A stretch of DNA of 64,000 bases from Octopus sinensis (Eukaryota). The translations under genes and the position numbers were made by a program. The notes under the pieces are model-generated. The model did no database searches, was not told the origin of the DNA, and was given only the letters and a program-made list of their open reading frames with translations. Below, piece by piece: positions 25,813 to 40,640 of the stretch; within the stretch, counting starts at the first letter, position 1, and each line of letters starts with the position of its first letter. Where the stretch lies: positions 69,626,001-69,690,000 of the forward strand of contig NC_043009.1 of the NCBI RefSeq assembly GCF_006345805.1. The letters are read 5' to 3'.

Positions 25813-25822
25813 TATATATATG

Positions 25823-25857
<35 letters not shown>

Positions 25858-27559
25858 TATATATACACACATGCAAAAATAGACACGCACATATTCACAC
25901 AGACGTATACACAACACTACATATAACCTGTCAAAATGTCTGGGCATTAATACACCGTAGGATATAGTTTAACCTATTTAGATGTTTTTCTTAATTTCAG
26001 TAGTAATTAAATAATTATTTTGGCCATTTATCTTTAGTCGGGATATTTGTCTATGAAAATTGAAGAAGAATTTAATCGCATAAATTAACAAAATGCATTT
26101 AACCTCGTCCCTCTAATGTCTGGCTTTAATACCTGAAACAGGTGAATAACTCATTAACTATTCCTTGAACGACACTTAATGTACCAATGTAGCATTATAC
26201 GAATATACATATACCAATCCTATAGCAATTTCGGATTTTTTTTCTTTTTTTTTTTATCAACCATTCGTAATTTAAATATTCGATCTTCTTACAGAAAGAG
26301 GAATCTTTAATTAGCAGTAAATGCTGTGTTCCAAACTAAACATGTTAGAATATTTGAGTGTTGTCTACAAACATTCTGAATATAAATCCAGCCGGAAAAA
26401 GAAATTGTCTTTCGTTGATTCTTGGTGCGAAATCAATTAGACTATAAAACAACAGCGAAACTTTAATAACTGTCATTCCAGATGAAGCGAATTACAAAGA
26501 GGAAATTTATCTCCTAAGTCTATGGATAATCTTATTTAATCTATGTTTTTCAAGTCAGCCTGTATTAAATTCAATCACATAATTTAATTGGTTGGGATAA
26601 ATTTAAAGCATCATGGCATTTCGTTTCATTTTGAGTTTAAATTCCAGCCGATGGGCGTCTCTGCTACTCATTTCCCTGGAGTTAATACAATATGACCCTC
26701 TAATTCCTTTGCATTCGCTCAACTGACTGTAAATTTTACCTGTGAAATACGGCCTTTGAAACTAATCAATTATAATCAGCGCGAACATATGTAATGAGAG
26801 GAAGTATCAAACAACAGAAGCCATGAAATTCACGGTCAATGGATTCTTATTCCTTCTAGACTAAAACTTACATTTTGATTTCTTCTCAGCTATATTGGCA
26901 ACGACATTAGCTAATTGTTTTCCGTTCTTTCTTGTCAGCACCAATAGTTATTTTCATGGTGACCAAAAATCATGACACTAGAAAGTTACAAATTTCTGCT
27001 TCAATCACAAATCAGCCCAGCTTCATCTCTCCTATTCACACCTCTTTCTTCTTTATTACCGCTGTTTTTACATTAGTGGTTATATGCCAGTATCGGTGGC
27101 ATGACTTGCGTTACAGCAATATTTTTACTTTTGATGCTCTTAATAATCCAATCAAGTCAACTGTAAAAAAAATGAAACATCTCCTTGTGTGAGCCGCGCA
27201 ACCTAAAGTAATCAAGCTAATGTCTCCTGACTAGAGTCGCGTTAAATGTGCTGCACTGGAGATTGATCTCCTATTTATATTGTAAGTATTCTACAGTATT
27301 TCCACCGCACACACTGCTAATCACAATATCTAGAGTTTATTTTTTTTAATCAAACCTTTCTTTCAACAATACCATTGTAGATAGGTTTTGTGTTCGTTTC
27401 AAAAGGATTTGGTTGCGCATTCTACTTTACTGAGAGTCTGCGTAAATACACCTCCAACGCCCTTAATCCCAACATCCCTGTCACGTCCACACTCAACCTT
27501 GGTGCGAAGAAAACATATGCACACACAGAGATACATCCATACATATTCAAAGATGCATA

Positions 27560-27599
<40 letters not shown>

Positions 27600-28110
27600 T
27601 ACTTACAGAGATAGGTACATACATTTCTAAATGTACAGCAGCATTGAGAGTTGTATTACTCAAGAAATAAGGCATATTTCATGTCAGTCTGTTTGCAAGA
27701 AACAACAGAAACATTTCCCTCACTGGACATAATGCGGTAGAAAAGAAGACAAGAAGACCTTGGGAAACAATTCCCCGTTGAGCAGTTTTAAAACTGAACA
27801 ATGTTTAAACTGGTCAGTTAAGGCCTGATAATCTCTTTCAAATTGGATGCATGAAGTGGCAGGCCATATCTGGAATAGACAATCTGTGTATGAGGCAGAG
27901 TTACTTCCATCATCTCATCACATGTAGCGGTTCTTGAATATGGATGAGCGAGACCAACCAGCACGTGGCTATAGTTGTTGTTGTTGTTGCGATGGTGTGT
28001 GGGTGGGTGGGTGCAGGGTGGAAGCGGCGATGGTGGTGATAGTAATATTATAGTTGCTGCTATTATTGGTTATACAGATAGTGTGTTGTTATTTCCAGTG
28101 GTTGCAAGAA

Positions 28111-28470
28111 AGGCGGCGAAATGGCAGAATCGTTTGCCGTTACATTCTGAGTACAAATTCTGACGAGGTCGACTTTGGCTTTCAACCTTTCGGGGTCGAT
28201 TAAATAAGTACCAGTTACGCACTGGGGTCGATGTAATCGACTTAATCCGTTTGTCTGTCTTTGTTTGTCCTCTCTGTGTTTAGCCCCTTAAGGGTAGTAA
28301 AGAAATAGGCATTTCGTCTGCTGTTACGTTCTGAGTTCAAATTCCGCCGAGGTCGAGTTTGCCTTTCATCCTTTCAGGGTCGATAAAAATAAGTACCAGT
28401 TGAGTACTGGGGTCAATGTAATTGACTCATTCCCTCTCTCAAAATTGCTGCCCTTGTGGCAAGATTTGAA
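28111..28470 (+). mobile_element. SINE family B dimer (unit with tail 1, then unit with tail 2)
   Basis: Junction ...gtaaagaaata|ggcatttcgtctg at about 28307. Confidence 0.85.
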
Positions 28471-29609
28471 ACCGTCATTATTGTCAGTGGTAGTCCTAAT
28501 GTGGCGGTTGTTGATAACTGTGGTGATGTTACTTGTGTTATTGTTGTTGTTAGTGACATTAGTATCTGGATGAGACTGTGTTGTGGGTACCATTGTTATT
28601 AGTTATTATTACTAGTTGTGGTTTTGGTCATGTGGTTGTTGTGTTGTGCTGTCATTGGTGGTGGCAAGTTTAAGCACGTGCCAGGCTCCGATCAAGCAGC
28701 CCTATGATGAACAACTTTAAAAAAAAGATGACACTTTACTTTGAACATCTTTCCCCGATATGTTGAATATATGCAATCATATAAAATTGATATATAAATG
28801 TAATATACCTACCCTTCATATACTGTGGGATAAAACGGTGAATTGAACTCCTTCCAGCCATGGCGGTTAGCAACTAATAGTGTTTTGTCCCGACATGCTG
28901 CAGAGGCTGAAACATGGAAAAGAACAAAGAAGAAACGGTGAGATTCTTTGGTTTTGTTTGTCAATTAAATGGAATTGCAATTACCGAGATAATCATTTAG
29001 AAACAGAGATAGCAAACAAACGTATAAAGCAAAAATAATTATTTCTCTTCAGGTGAGACATTTGAAGTGGATTGCAGGTTTATTGCATCGAATCAAAAGC
29101 AGTTGGTGTTGTTGTTGTTGTTTACATCCAAGTTTGTCCAAGGGGAGCAGATCTTATTGAAAAGACATATTACATCCACCATCGTTATATTTTGCAGACT
29201 GTACATTTTGGATAAACTGCTTAATCGATCTTCCCTGCTTTAAGACCATGACGTATAATTTGATGGGGAATTAGGTACTATTTTTGTGAGATGAAGAGAC
29301 TACACAGAGGTTCCCCCATTACCATATATGGAGAACTAAAATATAATTTATATGTCGCAACAGAAACACTGACGAGAATGATCCTATGTTTTTTTTAAAG
29401 CAAGTATATTTTATTCTCGATGTTTCACAATCAAGACAATACACCGAAATAAGGCGGCAGCGGCGGCGGATTGACTTTACATCTCCGTCGAAATTGCTGG
29501 CCTTGTGTCAGAATTTGAAATCTATATTATACACCTATACAATTTCTTGCCGTTCGTATCTTTTGCAAACTGACCATACATTTCTTTTTCTCTTAACATG
29601 ACGTTTCAT

Positions 29610-29830
29610 TTTTTATGTTCTTTTCCTCTAAGTTTTTCTTTCTTTACACAATTATCAGTTTTAATGACACCGGACGTCTTTTCTCGTTTCAACAATGGTT
29701 CCACTGTATTCTTTTTACATACTACACTAAGCTGTTTTCCTCTGTTTCAATACAATCCTGGCAACTGATGAAACCTCTCCCACCGTTTCTTCTGGAAAAG
29801 TACAGCCTATCGGTGTCGCTCTCCAGCATT
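29610..29830 (-). mobile_element. R4/Dong-clade LINE fragment
   Basis: SDTDRLYFSRRNGGRGFISCQDCIETEENSL, compare 48060-48150. Confidence 0.75.
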
Positions 29831-30790
29831 GGAATGCAAGGGAAGCTTCTAAAGTGGCTTAAATCCTTTCTGGTGAACAGAACGCAGCTTGTGGGGATCA
29901 ATGGTGTTCGATCAAGCGCAGTAAAAGTCATCAGTGGTGTCCCACAAGGCACTGTGTTAGACCCACTCTTGTTCCTTATCTACAAAAATGACATTATCTG
30001 AGTCATTAAATACTATGATATAAAAAATTTCGCGAGTGACTCTAAGCTTCTGAAGGTTGTCGACAGGATGGGAGACCGGATCGATCTTCAATCGGACCTA
30101 GTTGCTGTTATCCAATGGGTGCAGAAACATAAGATGCAAATGAACGAGGACAAGTTTGAGTTAATCCACTTTGGTAAAGAAACTGCACTTAACCATATAT
30201 TCTTCCTTCAGGCGAAGACTTCACGGCATCAAACACCGCTAGGGACCTCGGTGTGACTGTCGACGATAAGCTAAGTTGGAGTGTCCACATAAACAAGAAA
30301 GTCGACATGACCCGCAGGGCGTGCTCCTGGATCCCCAGGACTTTGCAGTCTAGAGATGCTCCAATCATTATCCTCTTTTTTTCTACCTTCGCCCGCCCTC
30401 ACCTTGAATACTGTTGTCCGCTATGGTCTCCCTACACGAGGCAGAATATTAAAAAGCTTGAAGCACCCCAGAGATCAATTACAAAAAATACTGATGGCAT
30501 TTCTGGTCTTAATTACTGGGAATCGACTCACGAATCTCAAACTGTAATCTCTCCAGCGCTGCCGAGAGCACTTTATTATTTGTATGATGTGGAAATTGTT
30601 CCGACAGTATTGCCCAAATGATATCGGTATCACTTTTAAGATCCACCCAAGACTAGGTCCCCGTGCCATGCGTCCTCTACAGAAAGCATGCTCTCAGCAC
30701 ATCACAGCACTAAGACAGAACTACTTCTCCTCAACTGGACTTGCTCTTCTTAACATCATTCCAAAACATATAAAGGAGGGAAAAGATTTC
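29820..30790 (+). mobile_element. CR1/L2-group LINE RT and C-terminal fragment
   Basis: WLKSFLVNRTQ...SGVPQGTVL.PLLFLIY..D, DLQSDL, DLGVTVDDKLSW...RPHLEYCCPLWSP...KKLE.PQR. Confidence 0.9.
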
Positions 30791-31326
30791 ATAACCTTTA
30801 CTATTTGTACCCATGACTTTTACTTATATATGTATTTATTTTTTCTATTCTTTCTTTAGTCGACAAGATTCGGGATGTTGTAGAGTCGGGGGGGGGGGGG
30901 GTTGCTATTACCCCATTCACATTCTCCGTTGCCGCTCGCTCTATTCTCTACTGTGTGTCTGGCCTCCGTAATCTCCTTCGGTGTCTGTTCTATGTGTCGA
31001 TAAGATCCTAACATCTATGTTAACTACCAAGCCACCATGTTGTACTTTAGTACGCTGGTATAGCAGCAATGAGCATTTCTCCTCCTTGAGTTTCTACCCG
31101 TGTCCACTTATCCTCTCACCTATGATACGGGCTGTCCCTGCAATGTACATCCTGTCCTGTTTCTGTACCATCCCTCTGTACACCTTTTACTATAGACTAT
31201 ATTCCTAGTATTAAAGTTTACACTTTATATATGAGCTTAAACTATGAATGTAATCTATAGTATAAGGTGTACAGAGGGACGGCGCAGAAACAGTGCAACG
31301 ACATACATATACAGACACATTCAGAA

Positions 31327-31363
<37 letters not shown>

Positions 31364-33339
31364 CTTAACCACGCATACAATCATACGTATGTACATACAA
31401 ATATACTTACATATATTTATGTATAAGCACACACGCATACATTCTTAAATATGTGTGTGCGCGTGTGTGTGTGCGTGTATGAAGAGAGAAAAAGTGAATG
31501 AGAGAGAGAGACAGAGAGGGAAAGGGAAACAAAATGGAAAAGGAAAAATAAGAATAGGCGATAGGTTTCCGAAGAAAATTCCTAAATTGACATTCGGAGA
31601 AGTAGAAGGAATTAATGATAACATTTTGAACATCCTGTTCCCTCTCTAATTACTGTCACTTTCTGCTTGTAAACATCAATGTTATAACTCAGTCGCTTCA
31701 TTTAATCATTCCCGACTCTGTCTCGTCTCATATCTCTCTCCATCCTCTCTCTCTCTCTTTATATGGTTATCTATTTGTATATATACATGCATTGCCTTAT
31801 ATTATATTATACATACAGATACATACGTATATAATCCGCGTGTGCCTGCCTGTGTGTCTGTATGTCTATGCATGTATGAAAACTAAACGTTTTTCAAAGC
31901 CTGTCATTTTTGGCTGGCGGTGATATTTTAGCTAAAGCCATGCAAGGTTATGACTTGTATTTATAATTTAATAATTTTAATGAATGTTATAATAAAGCAA
32001 AAACAATCAACAACTACAAGACTCACCCATTCGACCACAACAATAACAACAATAACATCTCCTTTGCCCATCTTGTCCCGATCTGCGATCGATTACTTTG
32101 AATCGAGTCTCATCTTATCTATAAAATGGCGAGTTGGTTTCAAAATGGAACATATCTATTTTTGAGACGACATACTGACTTTCTAATCGATCTTTACTGT
32201 AAACACGACAAATATCGACCTAAACGCTATTATGCATTTTTTTTTATTCCGATCTCTTTTCTTTCTTTCTTTTTTTTTTATAGTTAGCTATTTTCAAAGA
32301 TAAACAAGTTGAAAATGTTTCAAATGAATCAAAAATACCTATAAGTCAGTTGTTATAACTATATTGTATGAAAGACCATAACTTGTTCTCTCTCTCTCTC
32401 TTTCTCACGGACACACATACCGAAAGAAGCAATCATACATTCAGTTAAACGCATAAATTATATGCAAGCAGCTTATGCACAAATGCAAACACATACACAC
32501 TCCCGCGTACAGATCAAACGCATAATTATACGTACAAACTCACCGGCATATCGTCAAACACGTACCAGTAAACATGCATACACAAAGACACATACGAACA
32601 TGCATTTACCGAATCGCATAAAAACTCAAGCAATCTTCCATAATTAGAGATATATCCACACAGACAGACACATAAACACGTAATTACGTGCTCAAAGTTA
32701 AACGCACATAATTATACACAAGGAACCCGTCACACGCAAAGGGATAATGATTATATAACACACACACACACTAAACTGAACATGCGCACTCACATTGGCA
32801 CATAGCGATAAACAGCATTTATAAAGATAATTTGTACGTATAAGTATGTATATAAGAACATATATATATATATATAATATATATATATATATTATATATA
32901 TATATATCTTGTAGAATGGCAGAGCAGTGGTGGCATGTAAAGTAAAATATGGTTTAAATTCTATACCAATGAAATTATCACACGAAATCGAAGTTGTGAT
33001 TCTTTGTAGATGGCAATTATTTCTAAGATACATTGTTATATATCGGCAACTAACTATGAAAAAAAAACAGAAGAATTCTTTATATTTTTAGACTTTTTTC
33101 ATTTAGCAATGTATCTAAATAGTAGCAATAGCTTCTGAGGCAATCTATACCCATAGGCCAGAACAGAGAATCTTGCTCAGTCAAGTCATGTATACGTGTG
33201 TCTGTGAGAAAGAGAATAGAGAGAGAGAGAAAAAACAGAAAGAGAGGAAATACAGAATATGGAACTTGTATAGATTTATGCATAAATATATACAGATATA
33301 TAGTTATGTAGGTTTATATATCTATACATCTATGCGTGT

Positions 33340-33355
33340 GCGTATATATATATAT

Positions 33356-33396
<41 letters not shown>

Positions 33397-33478
33397 ATAT
33401 ATAATATATATATACACATACATATATATATATATACACACATACATATATAATTATATATATATATATAATATATAT

Positions 33479-33529
<51 letters not shown>

Positions 33530-33628
33530 TGTGTATATATATATTATATATGTATGTGTATATATATATTATATATGTATGTGTATATATATATTATATA
33601 TGTATGTGTATATATGTATATTATATAT

Positions 33629-33660
<32 letters not shown>

Positions 33661-33720
33661 TATATATGTATGTGTGTGTGTATATATATATATATTATAT
33701 ATGTATATATATACACATTT
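33340..33720. repeat. (TA)n/(TATG)n microsatellite block
   Basis: Direct reading. It is the source of the 245-aa low-complexity ORF. Confidence 0.95.
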
Positions 33721-34749
33721 ACATTCTCACACAAACGCATACACGTATTTTACAAACATATATTTATGCATACATGCTTGGACGCGCGCACACACACAGT
33801 CTTATATAGATACATATACATATAAACACGTCATATATACGTGTGTATGTCATTGTATTTCTAAGCAAACACTAAAAAAAATATTTCGTTGTACACTAAT
33901 TGCAATGTGAAGACATTTCCAAGTAAGGGAGGAAGAGGAGGAAGAGAGAAGTTGAATTGATCGCACACAAATTTGAGAGAAATCACTGCGCTGAGAACAA
34001 ATAATTTCCCTTAAATCAGGGTCTTATTTTAAGATATGTCTTGAAATATACAAAATATAAACTCATCTGCGACGGGAAATCCATCATTAACGATGCTTAC
34101 TTATTTCTTGCACTTTTAGATTGGATAAGTTAACAAAAGATAACCCCAGAATAAGATTGGAGGAGGTTGGTAAATAGGTGCTGGTGTGCGCGATGGACTG
34201 ATTGCCGAATGCGATCCATTTACTCGGCATTCGAAGAGTTAAACTTAAAATGACTTTATAATAGGATGGAATATGTGTTCGTACTTTGAGTTTGTTTATT
34301 GTAGATATGTGATCACACACACACACACACAGACAAATGCGTACGCGTGCACACACACACACACGACCCCCCCACATACTTATATAGGCCTAGGTATAGA
34401 AATAAAATAGAAAAAAATTCTCCATTTTATTATCGACTTCACAACGATGACAGACAAAATAATTGGTGGCAGTGAGGGAAACTGAGAGCGGAGCGATGCT
34501 ACACGAAGCTTTAAGGACGCGATCACTTTTCTACCTTGCGCCACACACACACACACACACACAGACCCACAAACAACGCATGATCGACACAAAGTATAAT
34601 TCGGACCAGCCCCGAGGCGCTTAATACTCGTAAGGTTAGCTTTCTCGTGTGCACAACATGAATATCCTACTGGATATATATATATGAATATTATTATTTC
34701 TAAGTCTCTCTAAAGGAGACTACGGGAGCGGTACTGAATATTAACAGTT

Positions 34750-35310
34750 ATCGCCAAGCTAATACGGCAGTCCAGAAACATAAGACGAATGCTGCTGTTG
34801 ATTAGCTCCAAGAGGCCATCTAGCTATGTGACACACGAACCTGTTTCCATTATAACCTTCAGCCGCTCTGAATTGATAAGGGGCCACCCAACCAGTAAAC
34901 TCCAACCGCAGAGCATGTACGAAAACTTGCAATTTCTCAACTATGCTCCCTTGGAGGCTTCTGTTTATGTAAAAATATAGTCTACAAGTGCCGTGTTATA
35001 AAGGCACGCCCCCACCAAGCTAGGGTCTATATCAGCGGCACAGTTGATTTCAAGTACTGCTACCTTACACACATGAACTCTTTCTCCAATCCAAATTATA
35101 AATGATCAACTTCCTGAAATCTCAAAATATTCCATTATACTCTGGGCTGGTCCATAGTAAGTGAGATTCCTCATATTACACAAACATCAGTATGTGCAAA
35201 TTATGTTGAAGAGAATCGCTAACCATTCTTCGCCTCTGCAACCCCTCATTACTTAATGGACACTCAGATGCAATATTATCTTTGAAACACTGGTTCTACT
35301 CATCATTCAA
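34750..35310 (+). mobile_element. Penelope-like element GIY-YIG endonuclease relic
   Basis: PLGGFCLCKNIVYKCRV...VYISGTVDFK...HMNSF and MCKLC*RESLTIL...LLN. Confidence 0.75.
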
Positions 35311-36330
35311 ACCTTTTATTCAATCTGTAGAATGCCATAACTATATGTATCCAGACTAAAAATCAACCTTGAATTAAAACAAGCTGGCCTGACAACCAAC
35401 TATCTCCAAAAATACTAGCCTTCTTATCAAACTCTATTTTCTTAGAAGTGTGTAGTGGCTAACGATCTATCATGACGACTGTATACTTTCTTATACTTAG
35501 CTCTCCAAATTCTTCTAAAGCACTACTCCGCACCTCCCTGATAGCATCCCCATCCTCTTAAGTGGTCTCCTCTCATCTCTCCTCCTCACCAAAAGTACTT
35601 AATACTACCTCACTCTTTAGGATACTAACCTGTCAACCTCTACCTCTTCCCTCTACTCAATTTCATACACCTCTGCTTATCATTGTACTCCCCCTCCAAT
35701 ACCAACCCAAATTTATTATCCCACTAACTACTGCTTTATAAGACTACCAACGTACCTCCTCCTCCTCCCCACTCTGTCCACTCCTATCTTCTCTCATACT
35801 TCTCTATGTACTTTAGGAATCTCCCTCAGTCACTGAACCGGTCACCTTCCTTCCCTCAAATAATGGCCATTCCCTTTTCTCACTATCCCAACCATTAATT
35901 CTATAGATTTCATTAAACATGCAATACACTATCATCTCCATTACACCTACCCCCAGCCTCTCCTCGTCCTCCTACTTTCTTCTTCTTTTTCTCCTCTCTT
36001 TATTACCCCGCCCCACTCGTGAACTGTCTTTCCTCCTCTCACTATTCTCTATATTGCTACCACCCCTAATTCGCCCCTCTAATACACCTAATTCTCCACA
36101 TTCAGTCCTTCCGTCTTTGAACTTCTCTCCTATAACATCTCAAACGTAAGATCTCCTCCCTGAAGACCCAGGCTCATTTTAACCTATGCTGGAATCAATC
36201 GACGAACATTATCATCAACTGCCCGAGCCCCCAGAAACAGCTGTCGGACTTGTAATACTTCCCGTAATTATCTGTAATTCTCTATTTCATTTGTATTCTG
36301 TGTAAGTTGGACCGTTTAATATGTATACAT
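35310..36330 (+). mobile_element. Pyrimidine-rich PLE 3' / pseudo-LTR-like region
   Basis: It directly follows the PLE endonuclease relic and ends in a hammerhead motif. Confidence 0.5.
36157..36248 (+). ncRNA. Type I hammerhead motif with enlarged, branched helix II
   Basis: tcc-CTGAAGA-[67 nt]-GAAA-cagctg-TC-gga. It shares cccaGAAAcagctgT with 12469-12524 but has a different complementary helix I. Confidence 0.55.
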
Positions 36331-36493
36331 ATATACACAGTTTTTGTATTTCATGCATTTAATATATTATATATATATATATTGATCTGTATAATCTGCT
36401 TATCCCTACCTTTACTTCTATATCCGCTCAAGTTTAAATCTCTTGAGCATTACTTAGGATATCCTATACGTGAATATCTTGATCTCAATTATG

Positions 36494-36530
<37 letters not shown>

Positions 36531-37117
36531 GTGGGGAAGAAGAATATATATATGGGAGGTGGGGAAGAAGAAAGAAGCGAAAATGGGCAGAATCATAATT
36601 TTTTAGCCAGTAATATTGAAATTCCAAGAGATTTTATTTTTATAAAATGGCTTAAAACGAGGATAGAAAGCAACTAAATGATAAAAAAAAATTAAGGGAG
36701 GACATGAAAGAAGAGGGATAAGGAAGGTGGGGAAAAAAGCGATGATGGGACGGGAAAATGATCGAATTAATATTAAGCGTATAGCAATTAAGTATAAGAA
36801 ACAGGGAAGGTAGAAAGATGAAAAGATTTCAAAAGATAGAGAGGAACTGAAACATCTTCCTTGCTAATTAGAATTGCTAATTAAAAGAGGAAGCAAAGGT
36901 TGGAATAGAGATTTCAGGATATTCTAATAATCGCAGGAAAAAAAGTGAAAATAATGAAATAATCCCCGAATTACTTGTTAGGTTTACTCCGATAGTGTTT
37001 ACACATCGCTGTTATCCCACAAATCAAATTATTCTGAAGAAGATGAAGCTGTAGGTTGTCCGATTCAAACGAAGAGTTACTAATATATGTATGGCCTATA
37101 CCACACACACACACACA

Positions 37118-37161
<44 letters not shown>

Positions 37162-38917
37162 ACACGTGTATGTGTGTTTGCTAGTAATTTATGTGAGTGT
37201 GATTCCATTTATCTATTTATTCTGGTCAATATTGATTAATAGTTATATGTATGTGTGTATGTTTATATATATACACACATAAATGTATGTACATATGTAT
37301 AAATGTATATATATATACGTTCGTCTGCCTATGTCTATGTGCTGCGTGCCAAATTCTCTCAGCACGTCTCGAAATCTCGATCCAAAGGCTTAGGGCTGTG
37401 CTTTTCTGGATAATTAACTTCAAACTTTCAGAATTGCAAAATTCCAAATCTCCAAATTACCATGCCAAATGAATAGGCACCAAATTTGGCACAAGAATCT
37501 CAAAGAATCTCTGATACACAACGCATACACGCACGTATATGCATTCTATTATATGTGTGTGTGCATGCGTGAGTATACGTCTGTGTTTGAGTCTGTATGT
37601 ATTAAATATTAATATGTATGTTTCCATATGCCTGGGTAACACACACACACACACACACAAGTTGCTAATTATTTACATATTTGCTTCCAAGCTTACACAC
37701 CTATATTTCTTATCGCTTGTTGCAGTGTTCGGAACCACTTTGGGCCAGTTAGAACTGGCATATTGATTAGAAATATACCTCCAATCGTTGTTGTTTTTTT
37801 TAAAGTTGAACTTCTCATTTTATATAATAGAAACGATGAATCGATAAGGATTTATTCGACAGGTACATCCACTTTCCAGTATCAGGTTGTATCTTGCAAC
37901 CTATCAAAGATTTTCATGAAATAATATGAGGGCGAACGGAAGCATATAGGACGTTTTGTTTTTTCCCCCAAGGGAGAGATGCCGAAAATGACAAATTCTA
38001 GGCATCTGCTGTAGAAATCAGCGCTCTTGGTAAAACCTGAATAGTTGAGACAAGTGAACCCTTTGCCAGTTAGGGGTCTTAAAGCAGATGATAGATTAAG
38101 TGGACCACTATGTAATATGTAAGGTTCAAACAATATTCTCGATTGAGCCGGTTTTTATAAGCTCCGTCCATAAAGCTATAAATAGAACACACATACACAG
38201 ACAGACATGCACCCCCCACACACACACATTACCGGGTCAAAGAGAAGTACTTCAAAAAATCGTTTGGCATAATGAAGACTCGTATGGCACCCAATAAAGA
38301 CTCCCACGTATGCATTACGGTGAACTGAGATTATCGAAAAATTTATAGATTATCACTGTAATTAGGAGATTAATACTCCCTCTAGGAATGCTTAGAATCA
38401 AAATGTGCGGGCAAGGGAGATAAATCCATTAATATCAGCAATGACAAATAAACGATACGGTTTGAAGTTGGTTCTGAAAGGTTAGAAGCGAAAGCAACGG
38501 ATATGTCCATCAGTTCGGAGAAAATCTGTTACATATTCTCAGAATACTAATTCTTATTAACCAATAGAATGGTAGATACGACAGAACATCGATTTGGGAA
38601 CCTCCTGCAATGCTTAGACTGGACTTTTCAATACTTAATTTGAATTGTACAAACGAAATAAATAAATAGAAAGGAACTAATTTTAGCTGTTCTTTCTTTG
38701 AGCTCCGGTTTATTTCGCTCAGTAATGCTATCATTTCGCTCGGTAATGCTATTATTTCGCTCTAAATTCTTGTAATACCAAAGTATGCAACACTTATTGT
38801 CATTATTTGGCAATAATTAAAAACAGATTAGCAATTTTGTTTTTTGCATTCGTATTCATTTACTAACAGTATGACAATTATATCATTGAAAAATAATGCA
38901 TTAAGTGAGTAACTTAC

Positions 38918-39067
38918 GTGATCCCATGTAATATGATAACTGGAAGCCTCGGCCGGTCAGAGAAGCATCTGAATGGAAGTGAATGAATAGACTTGCGTGA
39001 TAGGTGTAAAACTTGCGTCGCGTGCCTCCACACCATCGGCTGAAGATATCAGCTTTTCTGTCGGTTC
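38918..39067 (-). CDS. Host gene exon: last third of a CUB domain (150 bp, phase 1 to 1)
   Basis: Acceptor tagttattttgcag, donor TCAC|gtaagt. Translates to (G)TDRKADIFSRWCGGTRRKFYTYHASLFIHFHSDASLTGRGFQLSYYMGS, fitting CG...F.SD.S...GF...Y. Confidence 0.92.
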
Positions 39068-39695
39068 CTGCAAAATAACTATAAGTAAGTAAACAGCTAT
39101 AGCTAAGCACACACAGTTGCACTTGTGTGCATTACGAGCGAGAAACCCAAAACCAAAATAGCCACTCCGAAGTCGTAGAAATTGTAGGTGTCACTGCGTG
39201 GCAAGTGATGAGTGTATATATATATATATATATAAAACTAAAGAGTGGGTGGTATTTCCACGCAGGAATAAAATATAGGAAAATGTGTTGTTGAAAATGC
39301 ACCTAAATTTCAAAACCTCGTAAATGTGTAAAATACATTTATTTACATATATACCAAACTAGTTTCAACAATATTTTTTGTTTATCAATGGTAAAAGTTT
39401 AAAATTAGGAAAAAAAAAAAAACATTTTTAAAAGTTTCAATGTTGACAAATTAAAATGTTTCAATGTTGATAAATTAACATGTTCAAAACAGAAGGTGGG
39501 AGTCTGAATGTTCATGGCAGTCAATAAAATTAAAACTGTATATCAATTTGTTTGAATGTACAAAGTTCATTAATTTTTGTGGTGGTCGACAAGTCATACT
39601 GAAAAAACAAGTGTGAAATGAAAATAGTAAAAAAAAAAGGGAGGGGGGATTTGGTTTACAGTTTCTCTGATCCTCTTCTAATAGACGCTTTCGCT

Positions 39696-39934
39696 TAGGG
39701 CGGCGAGCTGGCAGAACCGTTAGCACGCCGGGCGTAATGCCTAGCGGTATTTCGTCTGTCTTTACGTTCTGAGTTCAAATTCCGCCGAGGTCGACTTTGC
39801 CTTCCATCCTTTCGGGGTCGATTAAATAAGTACCAGTTGCGCACTGGAGTTAATATAATCGACTTAATCCGTTTGTCTGTCCTTGTTTCTCCCCTCTGTG
39901 TGTAGCCCCTTGTGGGTCGTAAAGAAATAGGTAT
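39696..39934 (+). mobile_element. SINE family B with tail 1
   Basis: Full head, core and tail. Confidence 0.9.
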
Positions 39935-39959
39935 ATTTTGGGATCAGATGAATTTATAA

Positions 39960-40640
39960 TTTTATTCCGCGAGCGGGTCTGATTTTTGATTCGTTAAAAT
40001 TCTGGTGACGTGCTTTTTTTCCCCGTGGTCAAGCTTGTCGTTATGCTTGGTTGGTTTCCTTGTGGATACGGTCAAGAGTCGTTCCGGTTGGTTGGTTCTC
40101 TTAAAGGGTCATTTTGTTGTATTCGCTGAAGTTCGTTTTTGATTGGTCTTTAGTTAGGTGACGTCAGCACCTGGTGTTTGTAGAATTTCATTGGACTGTA
40201 GGTGGGTGACGTCAGCAGTTGATGTTTGTGTGGTGATTTAGAGTTGCGGTTTCGAAATCCGAGTGGAAGATTGCTACTAAAGTTTTCAGCACATGTCGGT
40301 AGAGTAACTCCACCTCTATAGGAACCTGTCTTCTCGATCTTCTTCATGGTAGATAAATAGTGGAGTGCAAACAGAAGCAACAGGTGGACAGTCAGTTTTC
40401 GGTGGAGAAAGAAGGCAGCATCCACAGAAGGTAACAGAATATTGAGCAAGATGTCAGCACAGATGGATTAAAGTAGAGGAAAGCAGCATTGAAGACAAAG
40501 CAGAGAGTGGGAAACTAAGAGATGCCGTCACTGACATGAGACGCCAGTAGGTGGACGGATTGATTCTGGCAGACAGAGGAGGAGTCACTATGTGGGAGCT
40601 CGCTCTACAAACCGGACTGCTCTCAATGCAGAATAGAAAA
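39960..40640 (-). mobile_element. Probable PLE pseudo-LTR-like relic with a degenerate hammerhead (40240-40350) and two TGACGTCA motifs
   Basis: Minus strand ctatttatctacc-ATGAAGA-agatcgag...ctcggatttc-GAAA. TGACGTCA occurs at about 40157 and 40207. Confidence 0.3.

Noticed and set aside
32985-33040. Minus-strand phase 2-to-1 exon candidate NNCHLQRITTSISCDNFI
   Set aside because: Too short for a CUB middle exon and lacks the conserved C-x-W motif.
34090-34260. Exon-like signals on both strands
   Set aside because: Mutually ambiguous, and the peptides match no domain I recognise.
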